A DNA stretch of 63,127 nt, counting the filler, from an uncultured bacterium (GTDB taxonomy: Bacteria; CAYJRR01): assembly GCA_964372275.1 (NCBI GenBank). It is 5 parts of 5 records of this genome, joined end to end, with 100 filler letters (N's around TTAATTAATTAA, not from the genome) between each part and the next. Parts side by side here need not be neighbours in the genome. Positions count along the whole stretch, not along the records: positions 13,931 to 27,308 come from CAYJRR010000124.1; positions 27,409 to 40,754 come from CAYJRR010000125.1; 3 more parts are not named here. One strand, 5' to 3'. The notes below the pieces were generated by a model. That model ran no database searches and was not told the DNA's origin. It worked only from the letters and a program-made list of their open reading frames with translations. How positions within the stretch are numbered: position 1 is the first letter of the stretch; each line of letters opens with the position of its first letter. A program made the position numbers and the translations under genes. Of this stretch, positions 20,274 to 34,167 are shown one piece after another.

Positions 20274-22265
20274 CTATCGAGTCACGACGACGGTGGTGGT
20301 GGTGGAGTCCCGGTCGGCACCGTCGCTCACGGTCAGGCGGACGGTGTAGGTCCCGGGAGCGGCGAAGACGTGCGAGGCGCCGGACTGGAAGCCCTCCACG
20401 GTCGGCGTTCCGTCGCCGAAGTCCCAGGCGTAGCGGAGCGTCGCCCCCGGCCGCGCGGCGCGGGAGAAGGCTCCGTCGAGGCGAAGAGGCCGCCCGGCGG
20501 AGATCCGGTGGGCCCCGCCGGCCACGGCACCCGGCGCGATCTCCGCCGACACCGGGACGGCGCAGACGACCGTCCCGGTTCCGGCGACGGTCGGCGCCGC
20601 CGCACGGGATAGGTCCTGGGTGTAGCAGCCACGCGCGCCCGGATTCTCGCAGCAGCATTGGAGCGCATCGAGGTGGTGGCCGAACTTCTCCTTCCACCGC
20701 TCGCGCGATCCGGCGTGGAAGTTGTCGGACGTCGACCAGCCGGCGCGGTCGTGGGGCATCCAGGCGAAGAACGGCTCGTCTGCGTCCCCGCCGCGTCCGA
20801 CTCGCGCACCGTGGGCGAACGGGCTCGTGCGACCGACCGAGCGGGCGACGTTCGGATCGCACGACCCGTTCTTGGCGCCGATGTGGTGACAGGCGGTGCA
20901 GACCTGCGATTCGAGCGATCCGTTCGGGGCGCGCACCAGCCCGGTGGTGACCGCCTTCGTCCCCTGGTCGCGGTACGGTCCGAATTCGACCGGCACGTAC
21001 GGGACCGGCTGGAGTCCCGCGGGTCCCGCCGCGGCGCGCACATCGCGCGGAACGACACCGACCTGGTCGATCCACGGGCTGTGGGCCCACGGACCGCCGA
21101 CGTGGCAACCGGTGCAACTGCCGTTGCTGCTCGGCGGCCGCCACGCCTCCTGGGGCGTGCGGCGCCAATCCGACTCCGGGATCTCGAACGGCGAGACGTT
21201 TCGCGGCAACGCCTCGGCGAGCCGCTTCACCGCGGCGGTGGCGTCGGCGCCGCGCCGGGCGCCGCGCACGCCGCGAACCAGCGACGCGATCCGCTCGCGC
21301 TCCGGCGATGCGGGCAGCTCGGCGATCGCGCGGTCGGCGGCGGCGAGCAGCGCTCGGACCGGCTCGGTCTCGCGCACGTCCGACGCCAGCCGCATCCCGA
21401 TCGAACCGATCCAGGTTTCGACCGAGGAGCCGCCGCCGAGAAGATCGAGCACCCGCGCCGCGTGCGACAGCGCCTCCGCCCCGTTCCGGGGGGCGGCGCG
21501 TCCGCGCGGAGGCTTCGGTCCCGGAAGCGATGCCCACGCGGCCTCGGCGGAACGGGTCCGGGTGTCGTCCGGCCACGGAATCTCGCCGCCGTAGAACTCC
21601 CCCTTCTGGAAAGCGAAGCAGGTCTTCCCCGTCTTGTGGTTGGTGAGGATGAAACCGAGGTCGTTGAAGTAGAACAGGTCCTTGAAGTTCTCGACCGTCG
21701 GCTCGCGCTCGAAGCGGCGGCGGCGCCCCTCCTGCGAGAGCGGACTGGTGAAACGCTCCTGGCGGCACATCGCCACCGCGACCACCTCCGGCTTCGCGGG
21801 GTCGGGGACGATGCGTTGCACGTGGGCGTAGTTCCAGCACTCGCCGGAGAGCCACTGCGGCTTGGCGCAGGTCGCCCGTCCGTCCTTCAGCTCCTCGTAG
21901 AACCGGTGGTCTTCGATCTCCAGGAGCCGGTCGATCGACGGGACGCCGGTGCGCGGCGCGCGGAGCGGGCGTTCGATCCATTCGCCGCGTCCGTTCTGTC
22001 GAAGATACGTGATCGGCACCTCGGTGCCGTCGAGGCAGCGGATCGGCGCCAGGACGCGGTCGGGATCGAGCCCGACCTCCTTCTTGCACTGGCGCACGTA
22101 GGCGGCGATGTCGTCGGGCTCGTTGCGAGCGACCACCTCCGCCGCCTCGTCGACCGACGGGAGGAGCGGGTCGTTCTGCGTACAGCCGGCCTCGTCGTCG
22201 GCGGCGCGCGCGGCGACCGAGAGGAGCAGCAGCGCACCGACCGTCGTGAACCGCACCCCGACCAT
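20274..22265 (-). CDS. Secreted diheme c-type cytochrome-like protein with C-terminal PKD domain
   Basis: Signal peptide ARA-AD, CTGCH and CTACH motifs, YAWDFGDG...HVFAAPGTYTVRLTVSD. Confidence 0.7.
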   Translation of the reverse strand: MVGVRFTTVGALLLLSVAARAADDEAGCTQNDPLLPSVDEAAEVVARNEPDDIAAYVRQCKKEVGLDPDRVLAPIRCLDGTEVPITYLRQNGRGEWIERPLRAPRTGVPSIDRLLEIEDHRFYEELKDGRATCAKPQWLSGECWNYAHVQRIVPDPAKPEVVAVAMCRQERFTSPLSQEGRRRRFEREPTVENFKDLFYFNDLGFILTNHKTGKTCFAFQKGEFYGGEIPWPDDTRTRSAEAAWASLPGPKPPRGRAAPRNGAEALSHAARVLDLLGGGSSVETWIGSIGMRLASDVRETEPVRALLAAADRAIAELPASPERERIASLVRGVRGARRGADATAAVKRLAEALPRNVSPFEIPESDWRRTPQEAWRPPSSNGSCTGCHVGGPWAHSPWIDQVGVVPRDVRAAAGPAGLQPVPYVPVEFGPYRDQGTKAVTTGLVRAPNGSLESQVCTACHHIGAKNGSCDPNVARSVGRTSPFAHGARVGRGGDADEPFFAWMPHDRAGWSTSDNFHAGSRERWKEKFGHHLDALQCCCENPGARGCYTQDLSRAAAPTVAGTGTVVCAVPVSAEIAPGAVAGGAHRISAGRPLRLDGAFSRAARPGATLRYAWDFGDGTPTVEGFQSGASHVFAAPGTYTVRLTVSDGADRDSTTTTVVVTR

Positions 22266-22468
22266 CGTCCCTCCCCGTTCCCGAAGGAATACGGAGCAAT
22301 CGACGTACCGAGGGAAAAGGTCCCGCGAATTCGCCGTGGAAGCCGTTTCCGGAGGGGCCGGCGAGGGGGCGGCTGGGATGCGCGCGCCCGCCTCAATGGG
22401 TTCTCCGGCATGCATCCGACCTCCCCGCGTGACGGCGCAAACCGGCGCCACGCCACGAAGTCGCCGTG

Positions 22469-22484
22469 CGGCACGGTGCTTGCC
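22469..22484 (+). promoter_or_regulatory. Putative sigma54 promoter
   Basis: CGGCACGGTGCTTGCC matches TGGCACG-N4-TTGC, 27 nt upstream of the cytochrome GTG. Confidence 0.55.
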
Positions 22485-22510
22485 ACCTTCGCCTGGGCAT
22501 GGGGGAGCGC

Positions 22511-26716
<4,206 letters not shown>

Positions 26717-26791
26717 TCGGGCGGCGGAGCGGAAATGACGCGGGGCGGGCCTTCAGCACGCCCCGCGTGCGTTTCCGACGCGGGTCGGCGC

Positions 26792-27308
26792 TCAGCCGCC
26801 GGGACCGGCGGGCTTGGCGCAGCCGAACTTCCCTTCGTACTTCTTCAACCCCGCCGGCAGCGCCTCGTCGATCTCGATCTTCGGCAGCCAGACGTCGGCG
26901 TCGGCGGCGACCGCCCCCGCCTGCAGCGGGAGCCCGAGCATCCCCCGCACCGCATTGGCGCTGCTGTTGGCCGCCTTCGCCTTGGCGTCGACGGCGGCGC
27001 GGGAGACCTCCTTGCGGGCGGCGTAGATCTCGGAGAAGCGCGCGGCCACCGGGATGGCCGGCGTGGCGCTGACGTTGCCGGTCGAGTCCGTCAGCTGGTC
27101 GGCCTCGTCCTCCATCTCGTCGACGGTGATCTGGGTGTTGAACTCGCGATAGTCGTAGAGCCGGTTCCCGGTGAAGAGGTTGTCCTTGAGCGTGATCCCC
27201 TTGGCGATCTTGATGTTGTCGACGCCGCCGTAGTCGCCGAATCCGAAGACGTTGTTCGTCGCCGTGAGCCGGATGTCGTTGTCCATCTTCAGCGCGTTGC
27301 CGCCGTAG
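26792..27308 (-). CDS. C-terminal fragment of a beta-helix-like hypothetical protein
   Basis: Open frame running from the contig edge; TNNVF and KDNLF strands. Confidence 0.55.
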
Positions 27309-27408
27309 NNNNNNNNNNNNNNNNNNNNNNNNNNNNNNNNNNNNNNNNNNNNTTAATTAATTAANNNNNNNNNNNNNNNNNNNNNNNNNNNNNNNNNNNN
27401 NNNNNNNN
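27309..27408. other. Artificial contig linker
   Basis: N-TTAATTAATTAA-N. Confidence 0.98.
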
Positions 27409-27463
27409 GATGGTCGTCTACCTGGTGAAGGGGAAGGACATCCGTCACGGGAGGACGCGCTAG
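27409..27463 (+). CDS. phoU: C-terminal tail of phosphate regulator PhoU
   Basis: Translates MVVYLVKGKDIRHGRTR*, the typical PhoU C-terminus; next to a phoB-like gene. Confidence 0.7.
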
Positions 27464-27477
27464 CGGGGGAAAAGCGG

Positions 27478-27568
27478 GGAAAATTGAAAATGGAAAATGG
27501 AGAATGGAAAACCGGCAAACGGGGATTCCCGCCATTGACCGGTTTTCCATTTTCCATTTTCAATTTCC
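27478..27568. repeat. AT-rich heptamer hairpin element, copy 1
   Basis: (AAATGGA)-type left arm ending AAAACCGG; right arm CCGGTTTTCCATTTTCCATTTTCAATTTCC. Confidence 0.85.
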
Positions 27569-28258
27569 GTCGTCTCCCGGCGGGACGAAGCGGTAGCCGA
27601 CGCCGCGGATCGTCTCGACTAGGTCCCCTGCGGCGCCCAGCTTCTCGCGCAGCCGGCGCACATGGGTGTCGACGGTCCGGGACTGCACCTCCGGTGCGTA
27701 GCCCCATACCCGGTCGAGCAGCGATTCGCGCGTGCGCACCCGGCCGGCGGCGTCGACCAGGTCGACCAGCAGCCGGAACTCGGTGACGGTGAGCGCCGCC
27801 TCGTTTCCGGCGACGAGGACCCGATGCCGATCGCGGTCGATGGTGAGCGCGCCGTGTCGCTCCTCGGCGGCCGCCGGCCGCGTCTCCCGAACCCGTCGCA
27901 TCACGGCCTGGATCCTCAAGATCACCTCCCGGACGCTGAACGGCTTGGTGACGTAGTCGTCGGCGCCGGCTTCGAGGCCGCCGACGCGCGCGCTCTCCTC
28001 GCCGCGCGCGGTGAGCATGATCACCGGGAGGTCGGCGGTCCGCGGCTCGGCCCGGAGCTGGCGGCAGACGTCGGTTCCGTTCAGGTCGGGCAGCATCAGG
28101 TCCAGCAGGACCAGCGCCGGTCGGGCATCGCGCGCGAGGCGCAACCCGGTGGCCCCGTCGTACGCCGAGATCGGCTCGTAGCCCGCCTGGCGCAGGTTGT
28201 ACTCGAGGATCTGCGCCAGATCGCGCTCGTCCTCCACCACCAGGATCCGGTCGGCCAC
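27560..28258 (-). CDS. phoB: PhoB-like OmpR-family response regulator
   Basis: VEDE, LDLMLP, GADDYVTKPF, RTVDTHVRRLREKLG, TIRGVGYRF; phoU neighbour. Confidence 0.8.
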   Translation of the reverse strand: MADRILVVEDERDLAQILEYNLRQAGYEPISAYDGATGLRLARDARPALVLLDLMLPDLNGTDVCRQLRAEPRTADLPVIMLTARGEESARVGGLEAGADDYVTKPFSVREVILRIQAVMRRVRETRPAAAEERHGALTIDRDRHRVLVAGNEAALTVTEFRLLVDLVDAAGRVRTRESLLDRVWGYAPEVQSRTVDTHVRRLREKLGAAGDLVETIRGVGYRFVPPGDDGN

Positions 28259-28278
28259 GGCGCTTCAATAGACCACAG

Positions 28279-29391
28279 TCAGAACTTCGCCTCCAGGTGG
28301 GCGAAGGCGCCGACGGTGTCGTCGGCGTCGGCGTCTTCCGGGGTCGACTGCTGCAGGTTGAGCACGACCCGCACCTTCTCGTGCAGCGCATGCCCGATGC
28401 CGGCGATCCGGCGGCCCTCCCCGTCGCCGGCGGTGTCGACGTCGGGATCGAACATGTCGTAGCGGCCGACGAGCCACAGCTTCATCGGAAGTTTCACGAT
28501 GGCGAAGGCGCCCGCCCCCGAGCCGTCGACCCCTGCGACCCCGTCGTCGGTCTGGGACCGGACGTACTGCCCGGCCACCGTCAGCCGCTTCGTCTGGTAG
28601 CTGAGCAGCGCGATCCCGCGCGCCTTCTGTTCGTTCCGCGCCGAGAGACCGAAGCCGTAGTAGCCGGTCAGGCGCAGCCCCGGACTGTCGGTCCCCGGGA
28701 GGAGCGACACCGTCGCCCGGGTCGCGATCTCCTTGTACTTGTCCTCCTCCGGCCTGGAGTAGCTCTCGCCGTTCTGCACCGCCGTCTGGAGCTCGATGCG
28801 GCCGATCCGGGCGATCGCGCCGAAACCGGCGTCGGACGAGGAGACCTTGTGGTAGGCGTCGAGCGCGACCGGTGCCAGGAATCGGTGCTCCCAGATCCCC
28901 TCTTCGAACTCGACGTAGGGGGTGGGCTGGATCCCGACGCGCAGGTCGAGGTACGGGAGTACCCTCGCGTACTGGAGGTAGGCGTACTTCACACGCAGGG
29001 CGAGCGAGCCGGTGGTGTTGGTCGCGACCTCGATCGTTTCGTCCTCGTCTTCGCCCGCCGTCTGGCGCACCAGGTCGGGGGTGATGCGCGCCGAGAGGTG
29101 ATCCCCCCAGGACGGCTCGACGTTGAGGTAGGTCCGGCCGACGTCGAAGGCGTTCACGTTCCCGGCATCCTTCGTCAGGTCGTAGCCGTAGATCGCCCAG
29201 AGCGCGCCGCCGATCTTGAGCCTGGTGGCGCCGGTCGAGACCGCCGGCGTCGGCACCGCCATTGGCGGGGACGCTTCGGGGGCCGGCGTGGGCGTGCCTT
29301 CGGGGGCCGCGGGTGTCGGCTCCGCGATCTGCGCCCGCGCCGCCGTGCCGACCGCGATCGTCGAGATCAGGATCGCCGTCATCGCTCTCAT
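28279..29391 (-). CDS. Outer-membrane porin, probably phosphate-related (OprO/P-like)
   Basis: Signal peptide ARA-Q, beta strands, terminal Phe, GGAGGAG RBS; co-oriented with phoB. Confidence 0.65.
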   Translation of the reverse strand: MRAMTAILISTIAVGTAARAQIAEPTPAAPEGTPTPAPEASPPMAVPTPAVSTGATRLKIGGALWAIYGYDLTKDAGNVNAFDVGRTYLNVEPSWGDHLSARITPDLVRQTAGEDEDETIEVATNTTGSLALRVKYAYLQYARVLPYLDLRVGIQPTPYVEFEEGIWEHRFLAPVALDAYHKVSSSDAGFGAIARIGRIELQTAVQNGESYSRPEEDKYKEIATRATVSLLPGTDSPGLRLTGYYGFGLSARNEQKARGIALLSYQTKRLTVAGQYVRSQTDDGVAGVDGSGAGAFAIVKLPMKLWLVGRYDMFDPDVDTAGDGEGRRIAGIGHALHEKVRVVLNLQQSTPEDADADDTVGAFAHLEAKF

Positions 29392-29484
29392 CCGTGCGTC
29401 TCCTCCTGGTCGGATTGTTGCTCCCATCGGCCGTCGCCGCCGTTACGTTTCGGCGCCGGGACCGTTACGATTGCGCGACGGAGG

Positions 29485-31812
29485 TCATCGGGACGGCGCC
29501 AACTCGCGCAGGCGGCGCTCGATCTCGCGGCGGCTGCCATCGTCACCGGTCCAGGTGTCGAGGAAGGCGCGATATTCGCGCGCGGCGTCGGCGGGGCGGC
29601 CGAGTCGGCGATAAGCCTCCGCGAGGTTCGCGTGCGCCTTGGCGTGCTCGGGCCGGCGGCGCAGATGGTCTTCGAAGGCCGCGGCCGCGCCCCGGTCGTC
29701 TCCGGCGGCCGAGCGGTAGAAGCCGAGGTTGAACAGGATCGAAGGGCTCTCCGGTTCGAGCGCCGCCGCCTCCTCCTGAAGACGGGCGGCGGTCGCCGGC
29801 TCGCCGACGCTCATCGCGCACTCGGCGGCGCGCACCCGCGGCGCCGCGGCGGCGGCGTTCGCCGCGGCGGCCCTTCCGTAGGCCACGAGCGCGTCGAGGG
29901 TGCGACCTTCGCGCTGGGCGGCGCGACCCTCTTCGAACGCCCGCCGGTAGGGATCGGTCTCGGCGCGGACGGCGGCCTCGAGCGCCGCGCGGCGGGTCTC
30001 GGCGGCCGTCCCGAGCGCCGTTCCGGCCCCCAGGCGCGCGGCGCGCGCGAACGCATGGACCGCGTCGACCCGCTCTCCGAGCCGCTCGAGCGCGAGCCCG
30101 AGGTAGTGGTGCGCCGTCGCGTCGAACGGGTAGGCGGCGACCGCCGCCTCGAACTCGGCCGCCGCGGCGAGCGTCTGGGCGGCCCTCGCCCGAGCGCCGC
30201 GTTCCGGCGCGTCTCCGGTCCCGTCGTCCGCGGCCGGGCGCATCGATTTCATCCAGGCGACGAGGCCGCGCACCAGTCTCAAGGTCTGGGTGCCGGTGGC
30301 GTCGAGCCCGCGCGGGTCGAGCCCGTCGAGCGCCTCCGCCGCGTCGTCGACACGGCCCTGGTCGAGGAGGACCAACGCCAGCAGCGACGCCGACTCGACG
30401 CGCAGCGCCGGCCCCGGCTCGTCGCTCGCCACCGCGCGCCGCAGAAGCGCCTCGGCGTCGGCCGTCCGTCCGGCGTCCCGCATCGCCATCGCCAGGTTCC
30501 CCAGCGCGTAGCGGCAGTCGGGGGTCGCCTCGACGACCCGCCCCCACAAGGCGAGTTCGTCGCGCCAGACGCGATCGCGCGCAATCGACAGCGCTGCGAG
30601 CGTGATTGCGGCGACCGCGAAAACGGCGACCCGTCGCCGTTGCCGATCCCGCCACCACTCGGCCGCTGCGATCGCGAGTCCCGGGAGAGCCGCATACAGG
30701 TGCCGGTCGGCGAGCGCGTTCGACGAGACCGGGTCGTGCGCGGTCAGGACCGACGGCGCCACCGCGAGCCAGGACCACGCGATTCCGAGCGCGATGCGCG
30801 GCGCCGACCTCACCGTCCGAACGAGTACGACGAGGCTCGAGGCGATCGCCAGCGCCCCGAGCGCGAGCCCGATCCCGCCGGTCGGCACCGTCTCCACGTA
30901 GGGCAGGTAGCGAACCGGAAGCACCGCCTGCACCGAGTAGAAGCCCGATGCCCCCAGTACGGAGCGAACGCCGTGGACCGACGCGAGGCCGGACAGGCGC
31001 GCGAGAATACCGGGGTCGGTCGAGGTGGCCGGCACGTTTCCGAGGGCGACCGACCGTAGCGTCGCGTAGACGAGCGCGGCCATCGTCAACGGCAACAGGC
31101 GCGTGGCCCGAGGCGCGCGCCGGGCGGGATCGTCCGTGGTGCGCGCGTCGCGTGCGGCGATCTCGCCGGCGGCAGGCGCGATCACCAACCAGAGGACGCC
31201 GGTCTCCTTCGACCAAAGCGCGGCCAGTGCCAGCACTCCGGACGCCCATGCGAAAGCGGAGGACCCCGCGCCGCTCCGCTTTGCGGCGGCGATCGCCGCC
31301 AGCGTCGCGGAGAGTCCGAACGCGAGGGAAAGCGAATCGCCCCGCGCCATGATCCAGCAGGCCACCTCCGAGGTCGCCGGATGCAGCGCGACGATCGCCG
31401 TGGCGAGCAACGCCCGCCGCTCGCCGTGCGGCGCGAAAAGCCGGCCGGCGACGAGGTGGAAAAGCGCGACGGCGACGCCGTGCAGCACGAGGTTGGTGAG
31501 GTGCCAGCCGGCGGCCGCCGACCCCCAGAGCCGCTCGTCGGCCGCCTCCGACAGGAAGGTGAGCGGGCGATAGAGCGGGTTCCCCATCGCCGACGACGTC
31601 GAGAGGAAGACGTCGGCGAGGCGCGTGGCGCCGTGCACCCACGCCGCCCGGTAGGCGAGGTCGTCCCAGACGAACGTTCCGCGCAATGCGGCCCCGTGGA
31701 GCGCCGCCGCGCCCAGGCCGAGGAGCGCCGCCCGGGCGACCCGGCGCGCCGGTCGCTCGAGGTCTGCGCCGGACGGAATGGGCGCGGACGGCGGGTCGGG
31801 GCGGAGCGACAT
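29485..31812 (-). CDS. TMTC-like GT-C glycosyltransferase with C-terminal TPR repeats
   Basis: FVWDD, YRPL, WHLTNLVLH, LHP..SE, SKE, ADRHLY and VWRDE..LW, followed by TPRs. Confidence 0.75.
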   Translation of the reverse strand: MSLRPDPPSAPIPSGADLERPARRVARAALLGLGAAALHGAALRGTFVWDDLAYRAAWVHGATRLADVFLSTSSAMGNPLYRPLTFLSEAADERLWGSAAAGWHLTNLVLHGVAVALFHLVAGRLFAPHGERRALLATAIVALHPATSEVACWIMARGDSLSLAFGLSATLAAIAAAKRSGAGSSAFAWASGVLALAALWSKETGVLWLVIAPAAGEIAARDARTTDDPARRAPRATRLLPLTMAALVYATLRSVALGNVPATSTDPGILARLSGLASVHGVRSVLGASGFYSVQAVLPVRYLPYVETVPTGGIGLALGALAIASSLVVLVRTVRSAPRIALGIAWSWLAVAPSVLTAHDPVSSNALADRHLYAALPGLAIAAAEWWRDRQRRRVAVFAVAAITLAALSIARDRVWRDELALWGRVVEATPDCRYALGNLAMAMRDAGRTADAEALLRRAVASDEPGPALRVESASLLALVLLDQGRVDDAAEALDGLDPRGLDATGTQTLRLVRGLVAWMKSMRPAADDGTGDAPERGARARAAQTLAAAAEFEAAVAAYPFDATAHHYLGLALERLGERVDAVHAFARAARLGAGTALGTAAETRRAALEAAVRAETDPYRRAFEEGRAAQREGRTLDALVAYGRAAAANAAAAAPRVRAAECAMSVGEPATAARLQEEAAALEPESPSILFNLGFYRSAAGDDRGAAAAFEDHLRRRPEHAKAHANLAEAYRRLGRPADAAREYRAFLDTWTGDDGSRREIERRLRELAPSR

Positions 31813-31835
31813 TGCCGCAATGATATCGTTCGGCA

Positions 31836-33311
31836 ATGTCCGCCCATTCGGGCTTCCCCGGGGAACTCCCCGGACCCCTGCCCCGACTCGGGCTGCGTGG
31901 CGAGATCCTGGTGGCGTTCGCGACGGTGACCCTTTTCGCCATCGGTCTCAACACGTTCGTGGTGTGGCGGATCGACTCGATGCTGCTTCGGCGCGAACGG
32001 ATCGGCGAGGCGGCGGCGAGCGTCCGCTGGATGGCGGCGGCGCTCGGCGGCGCGCCCTCGCAGCCGGCGGCGGAGCGGCTCGCGCGCGAGGTCGAGGGGG
32101 TGGAGGCGTTCCTCGTGCACGACGCGAGCGGATCCGAGCGGGCGCGGGTCGGCGAGCCGCCGACCGACCGCGCGTCGATCGAGGCGGCCGTCCGCGCCAC
32201 GCTGCTCCTCGGCGACGGCGCCGTGGAGGTGGTCGAGCGCGGCGCGAGGACGCTGGTTCGGGTCGTCTCGCCGGTCGGGGGCCGCGGATCGAGGTCCGGC
32301 GTGGCGCAGGCGTGGATCCGCCTGGATCGCCCGAGTCCGGCCGCGGCGCGCTCGCGGCGCCTGAGCGCGGCCTACGTGGCGTTGAACTCGCTCCTCGCCG
32401 GATGCCTCGGGTGGTGGCTCGTTTCGCGCTCGGTGGTGCGACCGCTCACGCGGCTCACCGAAGCGACCCGGCGCGTCGCCGACGGCGACCTGGAGGTCCG
32501 CGTCGCCCCGACGGGGACCCGGGAGATGTCCGAGCTGGCGCGTGACTTCAATCGCATGACGGAGCGGCTGGCGGAGCGCCGCCGCGAGGTGATCGAAGCC
32601 GAGAAGATGGCGTCGGTCGGACGACTGGCCGCGGGCCTCGCCCACGAGCTCGGGAATCCGATCGGCGCCGTCACCGGCTACGTGTCGATGCTCCGGCGAG
32701 GGAAGACGGCGGCAAGGAACCCGGACGATGCCGAGACGCTTCGCCGCATGGAGTCGGAGATGCGGCGCATCGACCGGATCGTCCGCGACCTCCTCGACTA
32801 GGCGCGGCCCCGACCGGCGACGACGGCGCCGCTCGACCTGAACGACGTCGCCGACGGGGCGCTGGCGCTCGTGGGCGCGCAGGACCGGTTCCGCGCAATC
32901 GTCGTCGAGCGGCGCCGCGCCGAGCTCCCGCCGGTCATCGCCGATCCGCACCGGCTCCAGCAGGTGGTGGTGAACCTGCTGCTCAACGCCGCCGACGCCG
33001 TCGCCGGCGCCCCCGAGAAGCGGATCGTCGTCGAGACGGCGCGGCGGTCCTCCGCGGATCCGGAATGGGTGCAGCTGCGGGTGAGCGACACGGGCCATGG
33101 CATCGACCCCGCCCACCTCCCGGCGCTGTTCGATCCGTTCTTCACCACCAAGGAGCCCGGGAAGGGGACGGGCCTGGGATTGGCGATTGCCAAGCCGGTG
33201 GTCGAGGCGATGGGGGGGACGATCCGGGCGGAGAGCGCGCCGGGGCGAGGCGCGACCTTCACGGTGGAGCTTCCCGCGTCGAACCGAACCGATCCGAAAC
33301 GGTACCCATAG
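31836..33311 (+). pseudogene. HAMP-HisKA-HATPase sensor kinase interrupted by a single in-frame TAG at 32799-32801
   Basis: AHELGNP H-box upstream; N, G1, F and G2 boxes (NLLLNA, DTGHGI, FDPFFTTK, GTGLGL) downstream in the same frame. Confidence 0.75.
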
Positions 33312-33348
33312 CCGAACCGAACCGATCCGATCCGAACCGGGTCGGTTT
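33280..33348. repeat. CCGA(A/T) pentamer repeat, copy B
   Basis: Multiple CCGAA/CCGAT units overlapping the kinase C-terminus and stop codon. Confidence 0.65.
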
Positions 33349-33389
33349 CCTTCGGCCACTCACCGGGATCTGCCGGAGCGGGGGCGTTC

Positions 33390-33418
33390 TTGCCTTCTCA
33401 TGCATGTGCATGCATATT
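33390..33418 (+). promoter_or_regulatory. sigma70-type promoter with palindromic operator of the TA operon
   Basis: TTGCCT-17-CATATT overlapping palindrome ATGCATG-TG-CATGCAT (33400-33415); ATG 7 nt after the -10. Confidence 0.65.
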
Positions 33419-33425
33419 GGTTTGG

Positions 33426-33671
33426 ATGAGGACCACGGTCGAGATCACCGACGAACAGAGGGCGCAGCTCCTGCGGCTCGCCGCGGAGCGAGGAGAGAAG
33501 GGTTTCTCCCACCTCGTTCAGGAGGCGTTGACGAAGTACCTGTCGGAGACCCGGGGGCGCAGAGAACGGGTCGTCCAGGCGTTGTCCGTGTTGGGCACGA
33601 TGGACGAGAAATCGGCGAAGGCGCTCGAGGCCTCCGTGGCGAAGGCGAGGTCGGCCGACTGGAGGTCGTGA
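33426..33671 (+). CDS. vapB: Ribbon-helix-helix antitoxin (VapB-like)
   Basis: MRTTVEITDEQR...FSHLVQEAL, upstream of a PIN toxin. Confidence 0.75.
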   Translation: MRTTVEITDEQRAQLLRLAAERGEKGFSHLVQEALTKYLSETRGRRERVVQALSVLGTMDEKSAKALEASVAKARSADWRS

Positions 33672-33675
33672 CCCG

Positions 33676-34062
33676 GTGCTCATCGCCGATTCCGACGTTC
33701 TGATCGACGGTCTGCGAGGCCGGGATCCCTCGCGGGGGCGGATCGCCCGTGAGATCCGCGCGGGCTCCCTGGCCACGACGTCGGTGAACGTCTTCGAGCT
33801 GTTGAGCGGAGCGAGGAGCCGGAACGAAGCGGAGAAGGTGGAGCGGCTGCTGGGTGCATTGACCATCCTGCCGTTCGATGAACGGACAGGCCGACACGCG
33901 GCATCGCTCCGCCGTACCCTTGAATCCGCGGGGACGCCCATCGGAACGGCGGACTACCTGATCGCGGCCATCTGCATCGCGAATTCCGTCGCGTTGCTGA
34001 CGCGAAATCGCAATCACTTCGAGCGCGTGCCGGATCTGATCCTCGCGGACCTCGAACGCTAG
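33676..34062 (+). CDS. vapC: PIN-domain toxin
   Basis: DSDVLID, FELL.G, ADYLIAA, LLTRN.NHF. Confidence 0.88.
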   Translation: MLIADSDVLIDGLRGRDPSRGRIAREIRAGSLATTSVNVFELLSGARSRNEAEKVERLLGALTILPFDERTGRHAASLRRTLESAGTPIGTADYLIAAICIANSVALLTRNRNHFERVPDLILADLER

Positions 34063-34069
34063 CCTCCGG

Positions 34070-34103
34070 CATTCACCGGTTTCGAATTTTCCATTTTCCA
34101 TTT
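34070..34103. repeat. Heptamer hairpin element, copy 2 (right arm only)
   Basis: CATTCACCGGTTTCGAATTTTCCATTTTCCATTT. Confidence 0.65.
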
Positions 34104-34167
34104 CTTGATTTGCCGCGGCCTTCGGCCGTCCCGGCTCGACCGGATGGTGCTAGACTCCCGCTCCTCG

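Noticed and set aside
32799..32801. Genome-wide TAG reassignment
   Set aside because: boxB, the LysM gene, the sigma54 regulator, pilW and others end at TAG at their expected C-termini.
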